DNA from: Clostridiales bacterium
GTDB lineage: Bacteria > Bacillota > Clostridia > Christensenellales > UBA3700
DNA length: 64,000 nucleotides
Assembly: GCA_015055975.1 (NCBI GenBank)
Contig: SVHF01000001.1
Span: 134,752 to 198,751 of the forward strand
Reading direction: 5' to 3'
Below, in pieces: positions 55,571 to 64,000 of this stretch (the first letter of the stretch is position 1; each line of letters opens with the position of its first letter). A program made the position numbers and the translations under genes. The notes under the pieces are model-generated. The model did no database searches and was not told the DNA's origin. It was given only the letters and a program-made list of their open reading frames with translations.

Positions 55571-56837
55571 GATATTAAAATATGGTCAAGTTAAAAATGA
55601 TGAAATATTCTCTAGATGCGAAGGCCTAACAAAAGTTGACACAATTGTTTCTGACATTATTGATAATGTTAAGAAAAATGGCGACAAGGCACTATTAGAA
55701 TATGAAGAGAAGTTTGATAAAGTTAAACTAAATAGTTTAGCTGTTTCAAAACAAGAGATTGATGAAGCATTGAAATTAGTTGATGCTAAATTTATCAAGG
55801 TATTAGAACTTGCTGCTAAAAATATCAGAGAATATCACGAAAAACAACTAAGAAAAGGATTTGAAATTAAAAAGGAAAACGGAGTAGTAATTGGTCAAAA
55901 GATAACACCTATTGCAAAAGCTGGTCTATATGTTCCAGGTGGCAAGGCTGCTTATCCATCTACAGTTTTAATGGATTCTATTCCAGCAAAGATTGCAGGA
56001 TGTAAATCAGTTACTATGGTTACCCCTCCAAATAAAGAGGGTAAAATTTCTCCAGTTATCTTGGCGGCTGCATATGTAGCAGGCGTAGATAAAATATATA
56101 AAGTCGGCGGGGCACAAGCAATTGCGGCTCTAGCATACGGCACAGAATCAATCGAAAAGGTTGATAAAATCGTTGGACCAGGAAATGCTTTTGTTGCGGA
56201 AGCTAAAAAGCAAGTCTTTGGTAAAGTATCTATAGATATGATTGCAGGTCCTAGCGAAATACTTGTTGTTTCTGATTCTAAATCTAATCCAAAATATGTG
56301 GCTGCAGATTTACTATCTCAAGCAGAGCACGACCAAATGGCCAGTGCAGTATTAGTTACGGATTCTATGGAACTTGCGTTATCGGTACAAAAAGAAATTG
56401 AGGATCAATTAGGCAAGTTAGATAGAGAAGATATCGCACGCGTATCTATAGATACGAATGGTAAAATTATCGTAGCTGATGATATAAAGACAGTTATTGA
56501 TATAGCAAATGAAATAGCACCTGAGCACTTAGAATTATGTGTTGATGATCCATTTGAATATCTAGATAAGATTGACAACGCTGGTTCTATCTTTATGGGT
56601 AGAAATTGTCCAGAAGCATTAGGGGATTATCTAGCAGGACCAAACCACACACTTCCAACATCAGGTACAGCAAAATTCTCAAGCCCATTATCTTGTGATG
56701 ATTTTGTTAAAAAGACACAATATACATATTACACAAAAGAAGCACTAGGGAAAGTTAAGGACGATATAGCATACTTTGCAACACTAGAAGGCCTAACAGG
56801 TCACGCAAAGAGCGCAACAATAAGATTTGAGGACTAA
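55563..56837 (+). CDS. hisD: Histidinol dehydrogenase
   Basis: GLYVPGGKAAYPSTVLM, IAGPSEILV, SQAEHD, GDYLAGPNHTLPT. ATG 55563 lies 6 nt after GAGG. Confidence 0.93.
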   Translation: MIKILKYGQVKNDEIFSRCEGLTKVDTIVSDIIDNVKKNGDKALLEYEEKFDKVKLNSLAVSKQEIDEALKLVDAKFIKVLELAAKNIREYHEKQLRKGFEIKKENGVVIGQKITPIAKAGLYVPGGKAAYPSTVLMDSIPAKIAGCKSVTMVTPPNKEGKISPVILAAAYVAGVDKIYKVGGAQAIAALAYGTESIEKVDKIVGPGNAFVAEAKKQVFGKVSIDMIAGPSEILVVSDSKSNPKYVAADLLSQAEHDQMASAVLVTDSMELALSVQKEIEDQLGKLDREDIARVSIDTNGKIIVADDIKTVIDIANEIAPEHLELCVDDPFEYLDKIDNAGSIFMGRNCPEALGDYLAGPNHTLPTSGTAKFSSPLSCDDFVKKTQYTYYTKEALGKVKDDIAYFATLEGLTGHAKSATIRFED

Positions 56838-56840
56838 TAT

Positions 56841-57905
56841 ATGAGCAAATATTTTAGTGAAAAATATAACGATTTAATACCTTATGTTCCAGGTGAACAA
56901 CCAAAGGACATGAAGTATGTTAAATTGAATACGAATGAATCACCATTCCCACCATCTAAAAAAGCTCAAGAATATGCATCGGATGCTGCAAAGCTTTTAG
57001 CTTTATATCCAGATCCAGATTGCACAATTCTTCGTGAAAAGATGGCTGCTTTATATAATCTTGATAAAGATGAAATAGTTATAGTTAATGGTTCAGATGA
57101 AATTCTAAATTTTGCATTTATGGCATATTGCGATGATAAAACACCAGCTGCTTTTGCAGATATAACATATGGATTTTATCCAGTATTTGCAAAGATAAAT
57201 AAAGTGCCATATGTAGAGATTCCATTAAATGATAATTATGAAATAAACGTTGATGACTATATTGGAATCAATAAAACAATATTTATTGCTAATCCAAACG
57301 CACCAACAGGCATTGCTTTATCTTTAGATAACATTGAAAAAATCATTGCTTCAAATCCAAATAATATAGTAGTTATTGATGAAGCATATGTAGATTTTGG
57401 AGCACAAAGCGCAGTTAATTTAATTAGAAAATATGATAATCTTTTGGTTACTCAAACATTCTCAAAATCTCGTTCAATGGCAGGTGCTAGACTTGGAATG
57501 GGATTTGCAAACAAAAAATTAATTCAAGATATCAATACAATTAGATATTCTACAAATCCATATAATGTTAATCGAATGACAATGGCAGCCGGTATTGGTA
57601 CAATTGAAGACAACGATTATATGGTTAATAATTGCAAGACAATTATTCAAAATAGAGAATACACAATAAATAAACTAAACGAACTAGGATTTGTTACATT
57701 ACCATCAAAGACAAATTTTGTATTTACTAAAAATGAAAAATTCTCTGGAGAATATCTATACAAAAAGTTGAAGGAAAACGGGGTTTTAGTTAGATATTTT
57801 AATAAAGCTAGATTGGATAAATACTTGCGTATTACAATCGGAAGCAAACAAGATATGGATGTACTTATTGAAAAATTAATAAAAATCATGGAGGAATCAA
57901 AATGA
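56841..57905 (+). CDS. hisC: Histidinol-phosphate aminotransferase
   Basis: LNTNESP, IANPNAPTG, TFSKSRSMAGARLG (PLP Lys). Confidence 0.9.
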   Translation: MSKYFSEKYNDLIPYVPGEQPKDMKYVKLNTNESPFPPSKKAQEYASDAAKLLALYPDPDCTILREKMAALYNLDKDEIVIVNGSDEILNFAFMAYCDDKTPAAFADITYGFYPVFAKINKVPYVEIPLNDNYEINVDDYIGINKTIFIANPNAPTGIALSLDNIEKIIASNPNNIVVIDEAYVDFGAQSAVNLIRKYDNLLVTQTFSKSRSMAGARLGMGFANKKLIQDINTIRYSTNPYNVNRMTMAAGIGTIEDNDYMVNNCKTIIQNREYTINKLNELGFVTLPSKTNFVFTKNEKFSGEYLYKKLKENGVLVRYFNKARLDKYLRITIGSKQDMDVLIEKLIKIMEESK

Positions 57906-58489
57906 GAAACGCTGAAATTATAAGAAAAACAAAAGAAACAGATATTAAGTTATCACTTGAGTTAGACGGCAAGGGTGTATCAAACATTGATACAGGATGT
58001 GGCTTTTTAGATCACATGCTAACACTTTTAGCTAAACATGCTCGTTTTGATTTAGATGTATATTGCAAAGGCGATACAAATGTTGATTATCACCACACAG
58101 TTGAAGATATCGGCATAGCACTAGGTGAAGCTTTCAATAAGGCAATCGGAGATAAAAAGGGTATTACTCGTTATGGCGATACAACTCTTCCTATGGATGA
58201 AGCACTAATTTTAACTGCAGTAGATATCTCAGGTAGAGGGTGCTTAGGCTTTGATTTGCCACTTCGTGCTAAAAAGGTTGGAGATTTCGATACAGAACTT
58301 GTTGAAGAATTCTGGCTTGGCTTTGTAAGAAAGGCAAATATCGCTTTGCACATCAAAAAATTTGCAGGAACAAATACACACCATATCATTGAAGGTGCAT
58401 ATAAATCAGTTGGCCAATCTTTAAGAAAAGCTGTAAAGATTGATGAAGATTTTAAAGATGAAATCCCATCAACAAAGGGAGTGTTGTAA
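57902..58489 (+). CDS. hisB: Imidazoleglycerol-phosphate dehydratase
   Basis: TKETDI, GFLDHML, HHTVEDIGIALG, NTHHIIEG. Confidence 0.95.
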   Translation: MRNAEIIRKTKETDIKLSLELDGKGVSNIDTGCGFLDHMLTLLAKHARFDLDVYCKGDTNVDYHHTVEDIGIALGEAFNKAIGDKKGITRYGDTTLPMDEALILTAVDISGRGCLGFDLPLRAKKVGDFDTELVEEFWLGFVRKANIALHIKKFAGTNTHHIIEGAYKSVGQSLRKAVKIDEDFKDEIPSTKGVL

Positions 58490-59097
58490 TGGTTACAATT
58501 ATTGACTACGGCGTTGGTAATCTATTTTCTTTAAAAAGTTCATTTGCAGCACTAGGTGTTGATGTTCAAGTAACATCAGAAAATAGCGCAATATTGAACG
58601 CTTCTAAAATAATTTTACCTGGCGTTGGAGCATTTGAAGATGCATCTAAAAAATTGCATGATTCAGGCCTTGATGAAGTCTTAAAGACTTGTGCTAAAAA
58701 AGGCACTCCAATTATGGGTATTTGTCTTGGCATGCAAATGCTATTTGATAAAAGTTATGAAAATGGATGCTTTGAAGGACTAGGTCTTATAAAAGGTGAG
58801 GTTAGAGCAATATCTGAAGTTATTCCAAAAGATTTGAAGATTCCTCAAATTGGATGGAACGCTCTTGATATAAAAAAGGAAAGTCCAATTTTTAAATATA
58901 TTAAAGATGGGGACTATGTATATTTTGTTCACTCATACTATGCAACAAATTGTGACGAAAGCGTCATAGCAACAACTTCTTATGGAGCACCATTAACTGC
59001 AGCTGTTCAATATAAGAATGTATATGGATGCCAATTCCACCCAGAAAAAAGTGGCGATGTAGGATTAAAAATCCTAAAGGCTTTTGTGGAGGTCTAA
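58489..59097 (+). CDS. hisH: Imidazole glycerol phosphate synthase, glutaminase subunit
   Basis: ILPGVGAF, GICLGMQ (catalytic Cys), QFHPEKS. Confidence 0.95.
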   Translation: MVTIIDYGVGNLFSLKSSFAALGVDVQVTSENSAILNASKIILPGVGAFEDASKKLHDSGLDEVLKTCAKKGTPIMGICLGMQMLFDKSYENGCFEGLGLIKGEVRAISEVIPKDLKIPQIGWNALDIKKESPIFKYIKDGDYVYFVHSYYATNCDESVIATTSYGAPLTAAVQYKNVYGCQFHPEKSGDVGLKILKAFVEV

Positions 59098-59811
59098 ATG
59101 AAGATATTTCCAGCTATAGATTTATTTGATAAGAAAGCCGTTCGTCTATTTAAGGGCGATTATAACCAAATGACTGTATATTCAGAAAATCCTCTTGATG
59201 TTGCTAAGACTTTTAAAGCACTTGGAGCTACACAAATCCACCTTGTAGATTTAGAAGGTGCAAAAGATGGAACAACTCCAAATATTGAAGTTATAAAGGC
59301 TATCAAAAAAGAAACAGGACTTTTCTGCGAAGTCGGTGGTGGTATTAGATCTCTAGAGACTATAAAGACATATATTGATGCAGGAATCGATAGAGTAATA
59401 CTTGGAACGGCAGCTGTAGAAAACAGAAGTTTTTTATTAGATGCAATTGCAAAATATGGTGAAAAGATTGCTGTTGGCGTAGACATTAAAGATGGATACG
59501 TTGCCGTTAAAGGATGGGTAGAAAAATCTCAAGAAACAGCGCTAGATTTTTGCAAATTATTAGATGATATAAAAGTAAGAACAATAATTTGCACAGATAT
59601 ATCTAAAGACGGCGCCATGAAGGGCCCAAATTTGGAAATGTACAGAAATCTTGATAAATTATTCAAGTTTGATATTATCGCCTCTGGCGGTGTATCAAAT
59701 ATCGAAGATATTATTGCTCTAAATTCGCTTAATCTATATGGAGCAATTGTAGGTAAAGCATATTATGTTGGAGCTATAGATTTGAAAAAAGCAATAGAGG
59801 TAACAAGATGA
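59098..59811 (+). CDS. hisA: ProFAR isomerase
   Basis: IFPAIDL, HLVDLEGA, ASGGVS. Confidence 0.93.
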   Translation: MKIFPAIDLFDKKAVRLFKGDYNQMTVYSENPLDVAKTFKALGATQIHLVDLEGAKDGTTPNIEVIKAIKKETGLFCEVGGGIRSLETIKTYIDAGIDRVILGTAAVENRSFLLDAIAKYGEKIAVGVDIKDGYVAVKGWVEKSQETALDFCKLLDDIKVRTIICTDISKDGAMKGPNLEMYRNLDKLFKFDIIASGGVSNIEDIIALNSLNLYGAIVGKAYYVGAIDLKKAIEVTR

Positions 59812-60566
59812 TAACGAAAAGAATTATACCATGCTTGGATGTAAAACATGGAAGAGTAGTAAAAGGTGTTAACTTTAAAAACATTAATGATGTTTCATCG
59901 CCTGTTGAGCTTGCAAAATTCTATAGTGATTGTGGCGCTGATGAATTAGTATTTTACGATATTTCAGCATCATATGAAGAAAGATCTTTATTTACAGACA
60001 TCCTTTGCGAAACTGCAAAATCTGTATTTATCCCGCTTACAGTTGGTGGTGGTATTAATACTGTTCAAGATTTTGATAGAGTTTTAAAATGTGGTGCAGA
60101 TAAAGTATCTGTGAACTCAGGTGCTATTAAAAATCCAAACCTTGTATATGAAGCTGCAAAACTATATGGTAATCAATGTGTAGTTATTTCAGCCGATGTA
60201 AAAAGAGTAAATGGAGTATTTAAAGTATTTGCAAAAGGCGGTAGAGAAGAAACAGATTTAGAGGCCATTTCTTGGATCAAAAGATGTGTAGATAATGGAG
60301 CAGGAGAAGTTGTTTTAAACTCTATTGATACAGATGGTGTAAAGAAAGGTTTTGACCTTGAAATGTTAGACGCTGTTTGTAACGCTGTATCTGTTCCAGT
60401 TATTGCATCTGGCGGTGCTGGAAAGATAGATGATTTTGTTGAATTATTTAAGAAACTACCAAAGGTAGATGCTGGTCTTGCTGCTTCTATATTCCACTTT
60501 AAAGAAGTAGAAATTAAAACATTAAAAGAGGAATTAAGAAAGAACGGAATATCTGTTCGTTTGTGA
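59808..60566 (+). CDS. hisF: Imidazole glycerol phosphate synthase, cyclase subunit
   Basis: [28 protein letters not shown]. Confidence 0.95.
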   Translation: MITKRIIPCLDVKHGRVVKGVNFKNINDVSSPVELAKFYSDCGADELVFYDISASYEERSLFTDILCETAKSVFIPLTVGGGINTVQDFDRVLKCGADKVSVNSGAIKNPNLVYEAAKLYGNQCVVISADVKRVNGVFKVFAKGGREETDLEAISWIKRCVDNGAGEVVLNSIDTDGVKKGFDLEMLDAVCNAVSVPVIASGGAGKIDDFVELFKKLPKVDAGLAASIFHFKEVEIKTLKEELRKNGISVRL

Positions 60567-60573
60567 GGTAAAT

Positions 60574-61227
60574 ATGATTAATATTGATGAATTAAAATTT
60601 GATGAAAAAGGATTAATTCCAGCTATTGTTGTAGATGCAAAATCTAAGAAGGTTTTAACACTTGCATATATGAACAAAGAAAGCTTGAAAATTTCTATGG
60701 AAAAGGGACTTACATGTTTTTGGTCACGTTCTCGTCAAGAACTATGGCTAAAGGGCGAAACAAGTGGAAATTACCAACACATCGTTTCAATTACTGCAGA
60801 TTGTGATAAAGATGCCCTAGAAATTTTAGTTGAAAAAGATGGACCTGCTTGCCACCTTGGAAATGAATCTTGCTTTGCAAACAATTTAGTTTATCAATCA
60901 GAAGATTTACATGAATTTTCTCTACAAGGTTTACTAAAACTTATTGAGGGAAGAAAAATTGAAAAGAAAGAAGGATCTTACACAACATATTTATTCGAAA
61001 AGGGATTAGATAAGATTTTGAAGAAAGTTGGTGAAGAATCTACTGAAGTTATCGTTGCTGCAAAGAATAACGACAAAGCAGAAACAATATATGAAATATC
61101 TGATTTGACATACCATGTTTTAGTTTTAATGATCCAAATGGGTATCTCAATTGAAGATATTCATGATGAACTTGCATCTCGTCATGTTATCGACCACAAG
61201 GTTAAACAAGAAAAGATGACAAAATAA
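60574..61227 (+). CDS. hisI: Bifunctional phosphoribosyl-AMP cyclohydrolase / phosphoribosyl-ATP pyrophosphatase
   Basis: [35 protein letters not shown] (HisI), then [10 protein letters not shown] MazG-like HisE half. Confidence 0.92.
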   Translation: MINIDELKFDEKGLIPAIVVDAKSKKVLTLAYMNKESLKISMEKGLTCFWSRSRQELWLKGETSGNYQHIVSITADCDKDALEILVEKDGPACHLGNESCFANNLVYQSEDLHEFSLQGLLKLIEGRKIEKKEGSYTTYLFEKGLDKILKKVGEESTEVIVAAKNNDKAETIYEISDLTYHVLVLMIQMGISIEDIHDELASRHVIDHKVKQEKMTK

Positions 61228-61252
61228 TTTTATTTTAATATTGGTCATTAAA

Positions 61253-61286
61253 AAGGCGCTCTAAATCGAATTAGGGTGCCTTTTTT
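61253..61286 (+). terminator. Terminator after the his operon
   Basis: AAGGCGC / GTGCCTT stem (one G-U pair) followed by TTTTTT. Confidence 0.65.
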
Positions 61287-61338
61287 GTCGCAGGCGCGCA
61301 TTGAAAATATATGTGTGTATGTGTTAATATATATAGCG

Positions 61339-62652
61339 ATGGACACATTATTTGATTTTGCAACGAAGAATATGGCACCACTTGCCGATAGAATGAGACC
61401 AACTACTTTAGATGAGTTTGTTGGACAAGAACATATTGTTGGTGAAAACATGCTACTTCGTCGTGCTATTAAAGCGGGCACACTAGGCAGCTGTATTTTT
61501 TATGGCGGTCCTGGTTGTGGTAAAACAACTCTTGCAAATATTATTGCAAATACTACTAAATCAGATTTTATAAAATTAAATGCCGTATCTTCTGGCGTTC
61601 AAGATGCTAAAAAGGCAATTGATGATGCAACTCGTAATCTTCAATTATATGGAAGAAAAACATATCTATTGCTTGATGAATGCCATAGATGGAATAAAGC
61701 ACAATCTGATTGCGTGCTAGAGGCAATCGAAAAAGGGAATATTATATTCATTGGTTCAACAACAGAAAACCCATTTGCTTCTATGACAAAAGCTATAGTT
61801 TCTCGTTGTAGAGTTTTTGAATTCAAGAAAATTGAAGATAAAGATATCATAAAACTTTTAAAAAGAGCATTACAAGATAAGACAAAAGGCCTTGGAAATT
61901 ATGATGTAGAAATTGAAGAAGATGCGCTAAAGCATATTGCTTTTGCCGCAGCTGGCGATGCAAGAAATGCACTTAATTCTTTAGAGCTTGCCGTTTTATC
62001 TACAGATCCATCAAAAGATGGAAAGATTCACATAACACTTGAAGTTGCTCAACAATCTTCTCAAAAACAAGTTTTATCTATAGATGAATCAGAATATTAC
62101 GATATGATTTCAGCATTTATTAAATCTATGCGTGGCTCTGATGCAGATGCGGCTGTATATTGGGCAGAAAGATTGATAGATTCAGGATGCGATCCATTAC
62201 TTGTTGCAAGAAGAATTATAATTCATTCAGTAGAAGATGTTGGCTTAGCAGACCCAAGAGCTTTAGTTGTGGCAACATCAGCTATGACTGCATTCCAAAA
62301 CATTGGTCTTCCTGAGGGAAAGAAAATATTACTTGAAGCTGCAATCTATGTAGCGGAAGCCCCAAAGTCTCCATCTGTTGAATTTGCAGAAGCTAAGGCT
62401 GAAGATTTAGTTAGAAATCATCCAAATGGACCTGTTCCTATTTATTTGCAAGACCCAAATTATAAATTAGAGAAAGTATCTGGGTATAAATATCCACACT
62501 CGTTTGGTGGTTGGGTAGAACAACAATATCTTCCAGATAATATTAAAGACGAAGTAATTTATGAGCCATCGCAAAATGGCGAAGAAAAATATTTGCTTAG
62601 AGCAAAAATAATGAAGAAAAATAAGGTAGAAAACAAAAAAAGAGAGGACTAA
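61339..62652 (+). CDS. rarA: Replication-associated recombination protein A (MgsA/RarA)
   Basis: PLADRMRPTTLDEFVGQ, Walker A GGPGCGKTT, LLDECHRWNKAQSD, ISAFIKSMRGSD, DPLLVARR. Confidence 0.92.
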   Translation: MDTLFDFATKNMAPLADRMRPTTLDEFVGQEHIVGENMLLRRAIKAGTLGSCIFYGGPGCGKTTLANIIANTTKSDFIKLNAVSSGVQDAKKAIDDATRNLQLYGRKTYLLLDECHRWNKAQSDCVLEAIEKGNIIFIGSTTENPFASMTKAIVSRCRVFEFKKIEDKDIIKLLKRALQDKTKGLGNYDVEIEEDALKHIAFAAAGDARNALNSLELAVLSTDPSKDGKIHITLEVAQQSSQKQVLSIDESEYYDMISAFIKSMRGSDADAAVYWAERLIDSGCDPLLVARRIIIHSVEDVGLADPRALVVATSAMTAFQNIGLPEGKKILLEAAIYVAEAPKSPSVEFAEAKAEDLVRNHPNGPVPIYLQDPNYKLEKVSGYKYPHSFGGWVEQQYLPDNIKDEVIYEPSQNGEEKYLLRAKIMKKNKVENKKRED

Positions 62653-62655
62653 ATT

Positions 62656-63453
62656 ATGGCATTAATGCAAATTTCTCACTTATCTAAAAGATATAAGAAT
62701 TCTCAAAAACTAGCAGTAGATGATATATCTTTTGAAGTAAATGAAGGGGAAGTATTCGGATTTTTAGGACCAAATGGTGCCGGAAAATCTACAACAATTA
62801 AGTGTATTACTGGTATTTTACCAATAACAGAAGGTCAAATATCAATTTGTGGTCATTCAATTATAGATGATCCAATTCAAGCAAAATTAAATCTTGGTTT
62901 TGTTCCAGATAATCACCAAATGTATGAACAACTAACAGCTCGTGAATACATTAACTTTATGGCAGATATTTACCACGTAGGAAAAGAAGATAGAAAAATT
63001 AGAGCAGATAAGATGCTTGAACTTTTCGATTTATCTTCAGTTGTAGATAATCAAATCTCAACATTTTCTCATGGTATGAAACAAAAGATATGTGTTATTG
63101 GTGCTTTAGTTCACAATCCAAAGCTATGGATTTTGGACGAACCTTTAACAGGACTTGATCCTAAATCTTCATATGAATTAAAAGAACTTATGAAAGAGCA
63201 TGTAAAAGAGGGAAATTCAGTATTCTTCTCATCTCACATGCTAGAAGTTGTTGAAAAAGTTTGCGACAGAATCTCAATCATAAATGGTGGAAAGCTAGTT
63301 ATGACAGGTGATTTAGACGAAATTAAATCTAAATCTTCAGATTCATCACTTGAAGAAATCTTCTTATCTATTACTGGTGTTAAAGAAGAAGGCTCAAATT
63401 CTGAAACAAAAGAGGAAGTAAAGGACGTATTTGCAAATGACACAAACAAGTAA
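62656..63453 (+). CDS. ABC transporter ATP-binding protein
   Basis: Walker A GPNGAGKST, signature FSHGMKQK, Walker B LWILDEP. Confidence 0.9.
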   Translation: MALMQISHLSKRYKNSQKLAVDDISFEVNEGEVFGFLGPNGAGKSTTIKCITGILPITEGQISICGHSIIDDPIQAKLNLGFVPDNHQMYEQLTAREYINFMADIYHVGKEDRKIRADKMLELFDLSSVVDNQISTFSHGMKQKICVIGALVHNPKLWILDEPLTGLDPKSSYELKELMKEHVKEGNSVFFSSHMLEVVEKVCDRISIINGGKLVMTGDLDEIKSKSSDSSLEEIFLSITGVKEEGSNSETKEEVKDVFANDTNK

Positions 63454-64000
63454 TTTAGCAACTTTAATAAAGTTCAATTTTAAATACTATCTAAAACCTA
63501 GATTCGAAACTAAGAAAGATAAGCGTAGATATTATATTTTAATGGGCATCATTGCAGCTTGCTTATTAGTACCACTTGTTTCGTTAATTGTAGGGATTTA
63601 TGCTTTGATAGTATCTTCACAAAATATAGAAGCAACAAAGGGCTTATTGTCATCGTTGTTTTCTGCATCTCAAATAGCAACATTAATATTTGGATTAACT
63701 ACATATCTTCAAGTTATGTATTTATCTAAAGATAAAGAGATTTTAGCAACGCTACCAGTAAGACCATCTGAAATCTTTATTTCTAAATTGTTGACAGTAA
63801 CTGTCATGGAAGGATTAATTTCAACAGTTTTGGTTATTCCATCAACTATAGTTATTGCTATAGCTCTAGGATCAATCGGGGCTCCAGTTGGAATTGCATA
63901 CTATTTATTAATTCCTGTAGCAGTTATTACATTGCCACTATTAGTTATATTGTTGATTTCAATCATAGCGTTCCCAGCAATGAAGTTCTATTCATTCTTA
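63437..64000 (+). CDS. ABC exporter permease, 3' end outside the window (not in the supplied ORF track)
   Basis: Hand translation from ATG 63437 (MTQTSNLATLIKFNF...) stays open for 188 codons to the window end. Several hydrophobic helices. Overlaps the ATPase gene end by 17 nt. Confidence 0.6.
   Translation, partial: MTQTSNLATLIKFNFKYYLKPRFETKKDKRRYYILMGIIAACLLVPLVSLIVGIYALIVSSQNIEATKGLLSSLFSASQIATLIFGLTTYLQVMYLSKDKEILATLPVRPSEIFISKLLTVTVMEGLISTVLVIPSTIVIAIALGSIGAPVGIAYYLLIPVAVITLPLLVILLISIIAFPAMKFYSFL

Overview
AT-rich (about one-third G+C by eye) chromosomal segment with Bacillota-type gene content that translates cleanly with the standard bacterial code. All calls below come from reading the ORF translations and DNA by eye. 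No database or profile search was possible, so family names rest on recognised motifs.

The window is mostly ordinary housekeeping, in this order:
- nnr (5' truncated), a GPH symporter, dnaX-ybaB-recR
- an IS1182-family insertion
- divergent galT / galK-lgt-pncB
- groES-groEL with a CIRCE operator
- a dCMP deaminase / membrane protein / COG0523 metallochaperone operon
- Bacillus-type SRP RNA, tRNA-Gln(CUG), mgtC
- yggS-sepF-lspA-rluD, rqcH
- tig, clpP-clpX, engB
- a stripped-down division cluster (mraZ-rsmH-X-ftsQ-ftsA-ftsZ) with a three-repeat MraZ operator
- nrdR, RNase P RNA, argCJBDF
- a yerC/hisR-like gene followed by hisZGDCBHAF-IE
- rarA and an ABC exporter (3' truncated)

The stand-out is a tightly packed seven-gene operon (38012-45377) with its own promoter, between the ftsZ terminator and nrdR. 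It encodes:
- an SPFH/Band-7 protein with a C-terminal zinc ribbon
- three coiled-coil proteins that all begin MGL(F/L), two of which look like Snf7/CHMP-type ESCRT-III subunits
- a MIT-domain AAA ATPase of the Vps4/CdvC type
- a BrxL-type ATPase without the Lon domain
- a zinc-ribbon/TIR/helical-repeat protein

I know of no described system with this composition, but I cannot verify novelty without a search.

Secondary points of interest:
- a COG0523 GTPase with a roughly 90-residue His/Asp tract, next to a COG0523-like/DUF1980-like fusion
- a four-copy degenerate 67-70 bp tandem repeat upstream of a metallophosphoesterase gene
- several probable leaderless genes
- a TrpR-family (YerC/HisR-like) gene with a promoter-spanning inverted repeat in front of the his operon
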